Positions 12,301-27,300 of a DNA stretch of 64,000 bases are shown here, piece after piece. Location of the stretch: contig CM082586.2 of assembly GCA_040954595.2 (NCBI GenBank), forward strand, positions 11,129,337-11,193,336. Reading direction: 5' to 3'. Source of the stretch: Balanoglossus misakiensis (taxonomy: Eukaryota; Animalia; Hemichordata). The notes under the pieces are model-generated. The model was not told the DNA's origin, did no database searches, and saw only the letters and a program-made list of their open reading frames with translations. The translations under genes were made by a program, and so were the position numbers. How positions within the stretch are numbered: position 1 is the first letter of the stretch; each line of letters opens with the position of its first letter.

Positions 12301-15300
12301 ATTTTCGACTTTGCAAAATCTCAAAATTTCGTCGATTTTGAAAAAAAACCATTGGGGGAAAATCATCAAAAAATGACAAATTTTCGATTTTGCAAAATCT
12401 CAAAATTTCGTCGATTTTTGAAAAAAAATCATGGTTGAAAATCATCAAAAAATGACAAATTTTCGACTTTGCAAAATCTCAAAATTTCGTCGATTTTGAA
12501 AAAAACCATTGGGGGAAAATCATCAAAAAATGACAAATTTTCGATTTTGCAAAATCTCAAAATTTCGTCGATTTTTGAAAAAAAATCATGGTTGAAAATC
12601 ATCAAAAAATGACAAAATTTTCGACTTTGCAAAATCACAAAATTTCGTCGATTTTGAAAAAAATCATAGGTTCGTCGATTTTTAAAAAAAAAACATGGGT
12701 GAAAATCATCAAAAAATGACACATTTTCGACTTTGCAAAATCTCAAAATTTCGTCGATTTTTGAAAAAAATCATGGGTGAAAATCATCAAAAAATGACAA
12801 ATTTTCGACTTTGCAAAATCTCAAAATTTCGTCGATTTTTGAAAAAAATCATGGGTGAAAATCATGAAAAAATGACAAATTTTGAAAAAAAAACGGGTGA
12901 AAATCATCAAAAAATGACACATTTTCGACTTTGCAAAATCTCAAAATTTCGTCCATTTCTGAAAAAAAATTATGGGTAAAAATCATCAAAAATGACAAAT
13001 TTTCATCTTTGCAAAATCTCAAATTTTCGTCGATTTTTGAAAAAAAATCATGGTTGAAAATCATCAAAAAATGACAAAATTTTCGACTTTGCAAAATCTC
13101 AACATTTCGTCGATTTTTGAAAAAAATCATGGGTGAAAATCATCAAAAAATGACAATTTTTCGACTTTGCAAAATCTCAAAATTTCGTCGATTTTTGAAA
13201 AAAATCATGGGGGAAAATCATCAAAAAATTACAAATTTTCGACTTCGCAAAATCTCAAAAGTTCGTCGATTTTTGAAAAAATCATGGGTGAAAATCATGA
13301 AAAAATGACAAATTTTCGACTTTGCAAAATCTGAAAATTTCGTCGATTTTTGAAAAAAATCATGGGGGAAAATGATCAAAAAATGACAAATTTTCGACTG
13401 CAAAATCTCAAAATTTCGTCAATTTTGAAAAAAATCATGGTTGAAAATCATCAAAAAATGACAATTTTTTTACTGCAAAATCTCAAAATTTCATCGATTT
13501 TTGAAAAAAATCATGGGTGAAAATCATCAAAAAATGATAAATTTTCGACTTTGCAAAATCTCAAAATTTCGTCAATTTTGAAAAAAATCATGGGTGAAAA
13601 TCATCAAAAAATGACAAATTTTCGACTGCAAAATCTCAAAATTTCGTCGATTTTTGAAATAAATCATTGTTAAAAATTATTAAAAATTGACAAATTTTCC
13701 TCTTTGCAAAATCTCAAAATTTCGTCGATTTTTTGAAAAAAGACGGCTGAAAATCATCTAAAAATGACAAATTTTGAAAAAAAAACGGGTGAAAATCATC
13801 AAAAAATGACACATTTTCGACTTTGCAAAATCTCAAAATTTCGTCCATTTCTGAAAAAAAATTATGGGTAAAAATCATCAAAAATGACAAATTTTCATCT
13901 TTGCAAAATCTCAAATTTTCGTCGATTTTTGAAAAAAAATCATGGTTGAAAATCATCAAAAAATGACAAAATTTTCGACTTTGCAAAATCTCAACATTTC
14001 GTCGATTTTTGAAAAAAATCATGGGTGAAAATCATCAAAAAATGACAATTTTTCGACTTTGCAAAATCTCAACATTTCGTCGATTTTTGAAAAAAATCAT
14101 GGGTGAAAATCATCAAAAAATGACACATTTTCGACTTTGCAAAATCTCAAAATTTCGTCGATTTTTGAAAAAAATCATGGGTGAAAATCATCAAAAAATG
14201 ACAAATTTTCGATTTTGCAAAATCTCAAAATTTCGTCGATTTTTGAAAAAAAATCATGGTTGAAAATCATCAAAAAATGACAAATTTTCGACTTTGCAAA
14301 ATCTCAAAATTTCGTCGATTTTGAAAAAAACCATTGGGGGAAAATCATCAAAAAATGACAAATTTTCGATTTTGCAAAATCTCAAAATTTCGTCGATTTT
14401 TGAAAAAAAATCATGGTTGAAAATCATCAAAAAATGACAAAATTTTCGACTTTGCAAAATCACAAAATTTCGTCGATTTTGAAAAAAATCATAGGTTCGT
14501 CGATTTTTAAAAAAAAAACATGGGTGAAAATCATCAAAAAATGACACATTTTCGACTTTGCAAAATCTCAAAATTTCGTCGATTTTTGAAAAAAATCATG
14601 GGTGAAAATCATCAAAAAATGACAAATTTTCGACTTTGCAAAATCTCAAAATTTCGTCGATTTTTGAAAAAAATCATGGGTGAAAATCATGAAAAAATGA
14701 CAAATTTTGAAAAAAAAACGGGTGAAAATCATCAAAAAATGACACATTTTCGACTTTGCAAAATCTCAAAATTTCGTCCATTTCTGAAAAAAAATTATGG
14801 GTAAAAATCATCAAAAATGACAAATTTTCATCTTTGCAAAATCTCAAATTTTCGTCGATTTTTGAAAAAAAATCATGGTTGAAAATCATCAAAAAATGAC
14901 AAAATTTTCGACTTTGCAAAATCTCAACATTTCGTCGATTTTTGAAAAAAATCATGGGTGAAAATCATCAAAAAATGACAATTTTTCGACTTTGCAAAAT
15001 CTCAAAATTTCGTCGATTTTTGAAAAAAATCATGGGGGAAAATCATCAAAAAATTACAAATTTTCGACTTCGCAAAATCTCAAAAGTTCGTCGATTTTTG
15101 AAAAAATCATGGGTGAAAATCATGAAAAAATGACAAATTTTCGACTTTGCAAAATCTGAAAATTTCGTCGATTTTTGAAAAAAATCATGGGGGAAAATGA
15201 TCAAAAAATGACAAATTTTCGACTGCAAAATCTCAAAATTTCGTCAATTTTGAAAAAAATCATGGTTGAAAATCATCAAAAAATGACAATTTTTTTACTG

Positions 15301-18300
15301 CAAAATCTCAAAATTTCATCGATTTTTGAAAAAAATCATGGGTGAAAATCATCAAAAAATGATAAATTTTCGACTTTGCAAAATCTCAAAATTTCGTCAA
15401 TTTTGAAAAAAATCATGGGTGAAAATCATCAAAAAATGACAAATTTTCGACTGCAAAATCTCAAAATTTCGTCGATTTTTGAAATAAATCATTGTTAAAA
15501 ATTATTAAAAATTGACAAATTTTCCTCTTTGCAAAATCTCAAAATTTCGTCGATTTTTTGAAAAAAGACGGCTGAAAATCATCTAAAAATGACAAATTTT
15601 CGACTTTGCAAAATCTCAAAATTTCGTTGATTTTTGAAAAAAATCATGGGGGAAAATCATCAAAAATGACAAATTTACGACTACAAAATCTCAAAATTTC
15701 GTCGACTTGTGAAAAAAAATCATGGGTGAAAATCATCAAAAAATGACAAATTTTTGACTTTGCACAATCTCAAAATTTCGTCAATTTTGAAAAAAATCAT
15801 GGGTGAAAATCATCAAAAAATGACAACTTTTCGACTTTGCAAAATCTGAAAATTTCATCGATTTTTGAAAAAATCATGGGTGAAAATCATGAAAAAATGA
15901 CAAATTTTCGACTTTGCAAAATCTCAAAATTTCGTCGATTTTTGAAAAAAATCATGGGTGAAAATCATCAAAAAATGACAAATTTTCGACTTTGCAAAAT
16001 CTCAAAATTTCGTCGATTTTTGAAGAAAATCATGGGTGAAAATCATCAAAAAATGACAAATTTTCGACTTTGCAAAATCTCAAAATTTCGTCGATTTTTG
16101 AAAAAAATAATGGGTGAAAATCATCAAAAAATGACACATTTTCGACTTTGCAAAATCTCAAAATTTCGTCGATTTTTGAAAAAAAATCATGGGTGAAAAT
16201 CATCAAAAAATGACAAATTTTCGTCTTTGCAAAATCTCAAAATTTCGTCCATTTTTGAAAAAAAATCATGGGGGAAAATCATCAAAAAATGACAAATTTT
16301 CGACTTTGCAAAATCTCAAAATTTCGTCGATTTTGAAAAAAACCATTGGGGGAAAATCATCAAAAAATGACAAATTTTTGATTTTGCAAAATCTCAAAAT
16401 TTCGTCGATTTTTTAAAAAAAATCAGGGTTGAAAATCATCAAAAAATGACAAAATTTTCGACTTTGCAAAATCACAAAATTTCGTCGATTTTGAAAAAAA
16501 TCATAGGTTCGTCGATTTTTAAAAAAAAAACATGGGTGAAAATCATCAAAAAATGACACATTTTCGACTGCAAAATTTCAAAATTTCGTCAATTTTGAAA
16601 AAATCATGGGTGAAAATCATCAAAAAATGACAAATTTTCGACTGCAAAATCTCAAAATTTCGTCGATTTTTGAAAAAAAACGGGTGAAAATCATCAAAAA
16701 ATGACAAATTTTCGACTGCAAAAACTCAAAATTTCGTCAATTTTGAAAAAAATCATGGGGGAAAATCATCAAAAAATGACAAATTTTCGACTTTGCAAAA
16801 TCTCAAAATTTCGTCGATTTTGAAAAAAACCATTGGGGGAAAATCATCAAAAAATGACAAATTTTTGATTTTGCAAAATCTCAAAATTTCGTCGATTTTT
16901 GAAAAAAAATCAGGGTTGAAAATCATCAAAAAATGACAAAATTTTCGACTTTGCAAAATCACAAAATTTCGTCGATTTTGAAAAAAATCATAGGTTCGTC
17001 GATTTTTAAAAAAAAACATGGGTGAAAATCATCAAAAAATGACACATTTTCGACTGCAAAATTTCAAAATTTCGTCAATTTTGAAAAAATCATGGGTGAA
17101 AATCATCAAAAAATGACAAATTTTCGACTGCAAAATCTCAAAATTTCGTCGATTTTTGAAAAAAAACGGGTGAAAATCATCAAAAAATGACAAATTTTCG
17201 ACTGCAAAAACTCAAAATTTCGTCAATTTTGAAAAAAATCATGGGTGAAAATCATCAAAAAATGACAAATTTTCCTCTTTGCAAAATCTATAAATTTCGT
17301 CGATTTTTGAAAAATTTTCAACTTTGCAAAATCTCAAAATTTCGTCGATTTTTGAAAAAAATCATGGGGGAAAATCATCAAAAAATGACAAATTTTTGAC
17401 TGAAAAATCTCAAATTTTCGTCGATTTTTTAAAAAAATTGTTGAAAATCATCAAAAAATTACAAATTTTTGACTTTGCAAAATCTGAAAATTTCGTCGAT
17501 TTTTGAGAAAAATCGGGTGAAAATCATCAAAAAATGACAAATTTTCGACTGCAAAATCTCAAAATTTCGTCGATTTTTGAAAAAATCATGGGTGAAAATC
17601 ATGAAAAAATGATAAATTTTCGACTTTGCAAAATCTCAAAATTTCGTCGATTTTTGAAGAAAATCAAGGGTGAAAATCATCAAAAAATGACAAATTTTCG
17701 ACTTTGCAAAATCTCAAAATTTCGTCAATTTTGAAAAAATCATGGGTGAAAATCATCAAAAAATGACAAATTTTCGACTGCAAAATCTCAAAATTTCGTC
17801 GATTTTGAAAAAAACCATTGGGGGAAAATCATCAAAAAATGACAAATTTTTGATTTTGCAAAATCTCAAAATTTCGTCGATTTTTGAAAAAAAATCAGGG
17901 TTGAAAATCATCAAAAAATGACAAAATTTTCGACTTTGCAAAATCACAAAATTTCGTCGATTTTGAAAAAAATCATAGGTTCGTCGATTTTTAAAAAAAA
18001 AACATGGGTGAAAATCATCAAAAAATGACACATTTTCGACTTTGCAAAATCTCAAAATTTCGTCGATTTTTGAAAAAAATCATGGGTGAAAATCATGAAA
18101 AAAGGACAAATTTTGAAAAAAAACGGGTGAAAATCATCAAAAAATGACACATTTTCGACTGCAAAATTTCAAAATTTCGTCAATTTTGAAAAAATCATGG
18201 GTGAAAATCATCAAAAAATGACAAATTTTCGACTGCAAAATCTCAAAATTTCGTCGATTTTTGAAAAAAAAACGGGTGAAAATCATCAAAAAATGACAAA

Positions 18301-21300
18301 TTTTCCTCTTTGCAAAATCTATAAATTTCGTCGATTTTTGAAAAATTTTCAACTTTGCAAAATCTCAAAATTTCGTCGATTTTTGAAAAAAATCATGGGG
18401 GAAAATCATCAAAAAATGACAAATTTTTGACTGAAAAATCTCAAATTTTCGTCGATTTTTTAAAAAAATTGTTGAAAATCATCAAAAAATTACAAATTTT
18501 TGACTTTGCAAAATCTGAAAATTTCGTCGATTTTTGAGAAAAATCGGGTGAAAATCATCAAAAAATGACAAATTTTCGACTTTGCAAAATCTCAAATTTT
18601 CGTCGATTTTTGAAAAAAATCATGGGGGAAAATGATCAAAAAATGACAAATTTTCGATTGCAAAAACTCAAAATTTCATCAATTTTGAAAAAAATCATGG
18701 GTGAAAATCATCAAAAAATGACAAATTTTCCTCTTTGCAAAATCTATAAATTTCGTCGATTTTTGAAAAATTTTCCACTTTGCAAAATCTCAAAATTTCG
18801 TCGATTTTTGAAAAAAATCATGGGGGAAAATCATCAAAAAATGACAAATTTTCGACTGCAAAATCTCAAAATTTCGTCGATTTTTGAAAAAATCATGGGT
18901 GAAAATCATGAAAAAATGATAAATTTTCGACTTTGCAAAATCTCAAAATTTCGTCGATTTTTGAAGAAAATCAAGGGTGAAAATCATCAAAAAATGACAA
19001 ATTTTCGACTGCAAAAACTCAAAATTTCGTCAATTTTGAAAAAAATCATGGGTGAAAATCATCAAAAAATGACAAATTTTCGACTGCAAAATCTCAAAAT
19101 TTCGTCGATTTTTGAAATAAATCATTGTTAAAAATTATCAAAAATTGACAAATTTTCCTCTTTGCAAAATCTCAAAATTTCGTCGATTTTTTGAAAAAAG
19201 ACGGGTGAAAATCATCTAAAAATGACAAATTTTCGACTTTGCAAAATCTCAAAATTTCGTTGATTTTTGAAAAAAATCATGGGGGAAAATCATCAAAAAT
19301 GACAAATTTACGACTACAAAATCTCAAAATTTCGTCGACTTGAGAAAAAAAATCATGGGTGAAAATCATCAAAAAATGACAAATTTTTGACTTTGCACAA
19401 TCTCAAAATTTCGTCAATTTTGAAAAAAATCATGGGTGAAAATCATCAAAAAATGACAACTTTTCGACTTTGCAAAATCTGAAAATTTCATCGATTTTTG
19501 AAAAAATCATGGGTGAAAATCATGAAAAAATGACAAATTTTCGACTTTGCAAAATCTCAAAATTTCGTCGATTTTTGAAAAAAATCATGGGTGAAAATCA
19601 TCAAAAAATGACAAATTTTCGACTTTGCAAAATCTCAAAATTTCGTCGATTTTTGAAGAAAATCATGGGTGAAAATCATCAAAAAATGACAAATTTTCGA
19701 CTTTGCAAAATCTCAAAATTTCGTCGATTTTTGAAAAAAATCATGGGTGAAAATCATCAAAAAATGACACATTTTCGACTTTGCAAAATCTCAAAATTTC
19801 GTCGATTTTTGAAAAAAAATCATGGGTGAAAATCATCAAAAAATGACAAATTTTCGTCTTTGCAAAATCTCAAAATTTCGTCCATTTTTGAAAAAAAATC
19901 ATGGGGGAAAATCATCAAAAAATGACAAATTTTCGACTTTGCAAAATCTCAAAATTTCGTCGATTTTGAAAAAAACCATTGGGGGAAAATCATCAAAAAA
20001 TGACAAATTTTCGATTTTGCAAAATCTCAAAATTTCGTCGATTTTTGAAAAAAAATCAGGGTTGAAAATCATCAAAAAATGACAAAATTTTCGACTTTGC
20101 AAAATCACAAAATTTCGTCGATTTTGAAAAAAATCATAGGTTCGTCGATTTTTAAAAAAAAAACATGGGTGAAAATCATCAAAAAATGACACATTTTCGA
20201 CTTTGCAAAATCTCAAAATTTCGTCGATTTTTGAAAAAAATCATGGGTGAAAATCATGAAAAAATGACAAATTTTGAAAAAAAACGGGTGAAAATCATCA
20301 AAAAATGACACATTTTCGACTGCAAAATTTCAAAATTTCGTCAATTTTGAAAAAATCATGGGTGAAAATCATCAAAAAATGACAAATTTTCGACTGCAAA
20401 AACTCAAAATTTCGTCAATTTTGAAAAAAATCATGGGTGAAAATCATCAAAAAATGACAAATTTTCCTCTTTGCAAAATCTATAAATTTCGTCGATTTTT
20501 GAAAAATTTTCAACTTTGCAAAATCTCAAAATTTCGTCGATTTTTGAAAAAAATCATGGGGGAAAATCATCAAAAAATGACAAATTTTTGACTGAAAAAT
20601 CTCAAATTTTCGTCGATTTTTTAAAAAAATTGTTGAAAATCATCAAAAAATTACAAATTTTTGACTTTGCAAAATCTGAAAATTTCGTCGATTTTTGAGA
20701 AAAATCGGGTGAAAATCATCAAAAAATGACAAATTTTCGACTTTGCAAAATCTCAAATTTTCGTCGATTTTTGAAAAAAATCATGGGGGAAAATGATCAA
20801 AAAATGACAAATTTTCGATTGCAAAATTTCAAAATTTCGTCAATTTTGAAAAAATCATGGGTGAAAATCATCAAAAAATGACAAATTTTCGACAGCAAAA
20901 AATCAAAATTTCATCAATTTTGAAAAAAATCATGGGTGAAAATCATCAAAAAATGACAAATTTTCCTCTTTGCAAAATCTATAAATTTCGTCGATTTTTG
21001 AAAAATTTTCAACTTTGCAAAATCTCAAAATTTCGTCGATTTTTGAAAAAAATCATTGTTAAAAATTATCAAAAATTTACAAATTTTCCTCTTTGCAAAA
21101 TCTCAAAATTTCGTCGATTTTTTGAAAAAAGACGGGTGAAAATCACCTAAAAATGACAAATTTTCGACTTTGCAAAATCTCAAAATTTCGTTGATTTTTG
21201 AAAAAAATCATGGGGGAAAATCATCAAAAATGACAAATTTACGACTACAAAATCTCAAAATTTCGTCGACTTGAGAAAAAAAATCATGGGTGAAAATCAT

Positions 21301-24300
21301 CAAAAAATGACAAATTTTTGACTTTGCACAATCTCAAAATTTCGTCAATTTTGAAAAAAATCATGGGTGAAAATCATCAAAAAATGACAACTTTTCGACT
21401 TTGCAAAATCTGAAAATTTCATCGATTTTTGAAAAAATCATGGGTGAAAATCATGAAAAAATGACAAATTTTCGACTTTGCAAAATCTCAAAATTTCGTC
21501 GATTTTTGAAAAAAATCATGGGTGAAAATCATCAAAAAATGACAAATTTTCGACTTTGCAAAATCTCAAAATTTCGTCGATTTTTGAAGAAAATCATGGG
21601 TGAAAATCATCAAAAAATGACAAATTTTCGACTTTGCAAAATCTCAAAATTTCGTCGATTTTTGAAAAAAATCATGGGTGAAAATCATCAAAAAATGACA
21701 CATTTTCGACTTTGCAAAATCTCAAAATTTCGTCGATTTTTGAAAAAAAATCATGGGTGAAAATCATCAAAAAATGACAAATTTTCGTCTTTGCAAAATC
21801 TCAAAATTTCGTCCATTTTTGAAAAAAAATCATGGGGGAAAATCATCAAAAAATGACAAATTTTCGACTTTGCAAAATCTCAAAATTTCGTCGATTTTGA
21901 AAAAAACCATTGGGGGAAAATCATCAAAAAATGACAAATTTTCGATTTTGCAAAATCTCAAAATTTCGTCGATTTTTGAAAAAAAATCAGGGTTGAAAAT
22001 CATCAAAAAATGACAAAATTTTCGACTTTGCAAAATCACAAAATTTCGTCGATTTTGAAAAAAATCATAGGTTCGTCGATTTTTAAAAAAAAAACATGGG
22101 TGAAAATCATCAAAAAATGACACATTTTCGACTTTGCAAAATCTCAAAATTTCGTCGATTTTTGAAAAAAATCATGGGTGAAAATCATGAAAAAATGACA
22201 AATTTTGAAAAAAAACGGGTGAAAATCATCAAAAAATGACACATTTTCGACTGCAAAATTTCAAAATTTCGTCAATTTTGAAAAAATCATGGGTGAAAAT
22301 CATCAAAAAATGACAAATTTTCGACTGCAAAAACTCAAAATTTCGTCAATTTTGAAAAAAATCATGGGTGAAAATCATCAAAAAATGACAAATTTTCCTC
22401 TTTGCAAAATCTATAAATTTCGTCGATTTTTGAAAAATTTTCAACTTTGCAAAATCTCAAAATTTCGTCGATTTTTGAAAAAAATCATGGGGGAAAATCA
22501 TCAAAAAATGACAAATTTTTGACTGAAAAATCTCAAATTTTCGTCGATTTTTTAAAAAAATTGTTGAAAATCATCAAAAAATTACAAATTTTTGACTTTG
22601 CAAAATCTGAAAATTTCGTCGATTTTTGAGAAAAATCGGGTGAAAATCATCAAAAAATGACAAATTTTCGACTTTGCAAAATCTCAAATTTTCGTCGATT
22701 TTTGAAAAAAATCATGGGGGAAAATGATCAAAAAATGACAAATTTTCGATTGCAAAATTTCAAAATTTCGTCAATTTTGAAAAAATCATGGGTGAAAATC
22801 ATCAAAAAATGACAAATTTTCGACAGCAAAAAATCAAAATTTCATCAATTTTGAAAAAAATCATGGGTGAAAATCATCAAAAAATGACAAATTTTCCTCT
22901 TTGCAAAATCTATAAATTTCGTCGATTTTTGAAAAATTTTCAACTTTGCAAAATCTCAAAATTTCGTCGATTTTTGAAAAAAATCATTGTTAAAAATTAT
23001 CAAAAATTTACAAATTTTCCTCTTTGCAAAATCTCAAAATTTCGTCGATTTTTTGAAAAAAGACGGGTGAAAATCACCTAAAAATGACAAATTTTCGACT
23101 TTGCAAAATCTCAAAATTTCGTTGATTTTTGAAAAAAATCATGGGGGAAAATCATCAAAAATGACAAATTTACGACTACAAAATCTCAAAATTTCGTCGA
23201 CTTGTGAAAAAAAATCATGGGTGAAAATCATCAAAAAATGACAAATTTTTGACTTTGCACAATCTCAAAATTTCGTCGATTTTTGAAAAAAATCATGGGG
23301 AAAATGATCAAAAAATGACAAATTTTCGACTGCAAAATTTCAAAATTTCGTCAATTTTGAAAAAATCATGGGTGAAAATCATCAAAAAATGACAAATTTT
23401 CGACTGCAAAATCTCAAAATTTCGTCGATTTTTGAAAAAAAAACGGGTGAAAATCATCAAAAAATGACAAATTTTCGACTGCAAAAACTCAAAATTTCGT
23501 CAATTTTGAAAAAAATCATGGGTGAAAATCATCAAAAAATGACAAATTTTCCTCTTTGCAAAATCTATAAATTTCGTCGATTTTTGAAAAATTTTCAACT
23601 TTGCAAAATCTCAAAATTTCGTCGATTTTTGAAAAAAATCATGGGGGAAAATCATCAAAAAATGACAAATTTTTGACTGAAAAATCTCAAATTTTCGTCG
23701 ATTTTTTAAAAAAATTGTTGAAAATCATCAAAAAATTACAAATTTTTGACTTTGCAAAATCTGAAAATTTCGTCGATTTTTGAGAAAAGTCGGGTGAAAA
23801 TCATCAAAAAATGACAAATTTTCGACTTTGCAAAATCTCAAATTTTCGTCGATTTTTGAAAAAAATCATGGGGGAAAATGATCAAAAAATGACAAATTTT
23901 CGATTGCAAAATTTCAAAATTTCGTCAATTTTGAAAAAATCATGGGTGAAAATCATCAAAAAATGACAAATTTTCGACTGCAAAAACTCAAAATTTCGTC
24001 AATTTTGAAAAAAATCATGGGTGAAAATCATCAAAAAATGACAAATTTTCCTCTTTGCAAAATCTATAAATTTCGTCGATTTTTGAAAAATTTTCAACTT
24101 TGCAAAATCTCAAAATTTCGTCGATTTTTGAAAAAAATCATGGGGGAAAATCATCAAAAAATGACAAATTTTCGACTGCAAAATCTCAAAATTTCGTCGA
24201 TTTTTGAAATAAATCATTGTTAAAAATTATCAAAAATTGACAAATTTTCCTCTTTGCAAAATCTCAAAATTTCGTCGATTTTTTGAAAAAAGACGGGTGA

Positions 24301-27300
24301 AAATCATCTAAAAATGACAAATTTTCGACTTTGCAAAATCTCAAAATTTCGTTGATTTTTGAAAAAAATCATGGGGGAAAATCATCAAAAATGACAAATT
24401 TACGACTACAAAATCTCAAAATTTCGTCGACTTGTGAAAAAAAATCATGGGTGAAAATCATCAAAAAATGACAAATTTTTGACTTTGCACAATCTCAAAA
24501 TTTCGTCAATTTTGAAAAAAATCATGGGTGAAAATCATCAAAAAATGACAAATTTTCGACTTTGCAAAATCTCAAAATTTCGTCGATTTTTGAAGAAAAT
24601 CATGGGTGAAAATCATCAAAAAATGACAAATTTTCGACTTTGCAAAATCTCAAAATTTCGTCGATTTTTGAAAAAAATCATGGGTGAAAATCATCAAAAA
24701 ATGACACATTTTCGACTTTGCAAAATCTCAAAATTTCGTCGATTTTTGAAAAAAAATCATGGGTGAAAATCATCAAAAAATGACAAATTTTCGTCTTTGC
24801 AAAATCTCAAAATTTCGTCCATTTTTGAAAAAAAATCATGGGGGAAAATCATCAAAAAATGACAAATTTTCGACTTTGCAAAATCTCAAAATTTCGTCGA
24901 TTTTGAAAAAAAACATTGGGGGAAAATCATCAAAAAATGACAAATTTTCGATTTTGCAAAATCTCAAAATTTCGTCGATTTTTGAAAAAAAATCAGGGTT
25001 GAAAATCATCAAAAAATGACAAAATTTTCGACTTTGCAAAATCACAAAATTTCGTCGATTTTGAAAAAAATCATAGGTTCGTCGATTTTTAAAAAAAAAA
25101 CATGGGTGAAAATAATCAAAAAATGACAAATTTTCGACTTTGCAAAATCTCAAAATTTCGTCGATTTTTGAAAAAAATCATGGGTGAAAATCATGAAAAA
25201 ATGACAAATTTTGAAAAAAAACGGGTGAAAATCATCAAAAAATGACACATTTTCGACTTTGCAAAATCTCAAATTTTCGTCGATTTTTGAAAAAAAATCA
25301 TGGTTGAAAATCATCAAAAAATGACAAAATTTTCGACTTTGCAAAATCTCAAAATTTCGTCGATTTTTGAAAAAAATCATGGTTGAAAATCATCAAAAAA
25401 TGACAAAATTTTCGACTTTGCAAAATCACAAAATTTCGTCGATTTTAAAAAAAAATCATAGGTTCGTCGATTTTTAAAAAAAAAACATGGGTGAAAATCA
25501 TCAAAAAATGACACATTTTCGACTTTGCAAAATCTCAAAATTTCGTCGATTTTTGAAAAAAATCATGGGTGAAAATCATTAAAAAATGACAAATTTTCGA
25601 CTTTGCAAAATCTCAAAATTTCGTCGATTTTTGAAAAAAAATCATGGGTGAAAATCATGAAAAAATGAGTAATTTTGAAAAAAAAACGGGTGAAAATCAT
25701 CAAAAAATGACACATTTTCGACTTTGCAAAATCTCAAAATTTCGTCCATTTCTGAAAAAAAATTATGGGTAAAAATCATCAAAAATGACAAATTTTCATC
25801 TTTGCAAAATCTCAAATTTTCGTCGATTTTTGAAAAAAAATCATGGTTGAAAATCATCAAAAAATGACAAAATTTTCGTCTTTGCAAAATCTCAACATTT
25901 CGTCGATTTTTGAAAAAAATCATGGGTGAAAATCATCAAAAAATGACAAATTTTCGACTTTGCAAAATCTCAAAATTTCGTCGATTTTTGAAAAAAATCA
26001 TGGGTGAAAATCATGAAAAAATGACAAATTTTGAAAAAAAACGGGTGAAAATCATCAAAAAATGACACATTTTCGACTGCAAAATTTCAAAATTTCGTCA
26101 ATTTTGAAAAAATCATGGGTGAAAATCATCAAAAAATGACAAATTTTCGACTGCAAAATTTCAAAATTTCGTCAATTTTGAAAAAATCATGGGTGAAAAT
26201 CATCAAAAAATGACAAATTTTCCTCTTTGCAAAATCTCAAAATTTCGTCGTTTTTTGAAAAAAGACGGGTGAAAATCATCTAAAAATGACAAATTTTCGA
26301 CTTTGCAAAATCTCAAAATTTCGTTGATTTTTGAAAAAAATCATGGGGGAAAATCATCAAAAAATGACAAATTTACGACTACAAAATCTCAAAATTTCGT
26401 CGATTTGTGAAAAAAAATCATGGGTGAAAATCATCAAAAAATGACAAATTTTCGACTTTGCAAAATCTCAAAATTTTGCCAATTTTGAAAAAATCATGGG
26501 TGAAAATCATCAAAAAATGACAAAGTTTTTACTGCAAAATCTCAAATTTTCGTCGATTTTTTAAAAAAATTGTTGAAAATCATCAAAAAATGACCAATTT
26601 TTGACTGCAAAATCTCAAAATTTCGTCGATTTTTGAAAAAAAATCATTGTTGAAAATCATCAAAAAATGACAAATTTTCCTCTTTGCAAAATCTCAAAAT
26701 TTCGTCGATTTTTGAAAAAAGACATGGGTGAAAATCATCAAAAAATGACAAATTTTAGACTTTGCAAAATCTCAAAATTTCGTCGATTTTTGAAAAAAAA
26801 TCATGGAGGAAAATCATTAAAAAATGACAAATTTACGACTGCAAAATCTCAAAATTTCGTCGATTTGTGAAAAAAAATCATGGGTGAAAATCATCAAAAA
26901 ATGACAAATTTTTGACTGCAAAATCTCAAAATTTCGTCAATTTTTGAAAAAAATCATGGTTGAAAATCATCATGACAATGACAAATTTTCGACTTTGCAA
27001 AATCTCAAAATTTCGTCGATTTTGAAAAAAATCATGGGTTCGTCCATTTTTGAAAAAAAAACATTGGGTGAAAATCATCAAAAAATGACAAATTTTCGAC
27101 TTTGCAAAATCTCAAAATTTCGTCGATTTTTGAAGAAAATCATGGGTGAAAATCATCAAAAAATGACAAATTTTCGACTTTGCAAAATCTCAAAATTTCG
27201 TCGATTTTTGAAAAAAATCATGGGTGAAAATCATGAAAAAATGACAAATTTTGAAAAAAAACGGGTGAAAATCATCAAAAAATGACACATTTTCGACTGC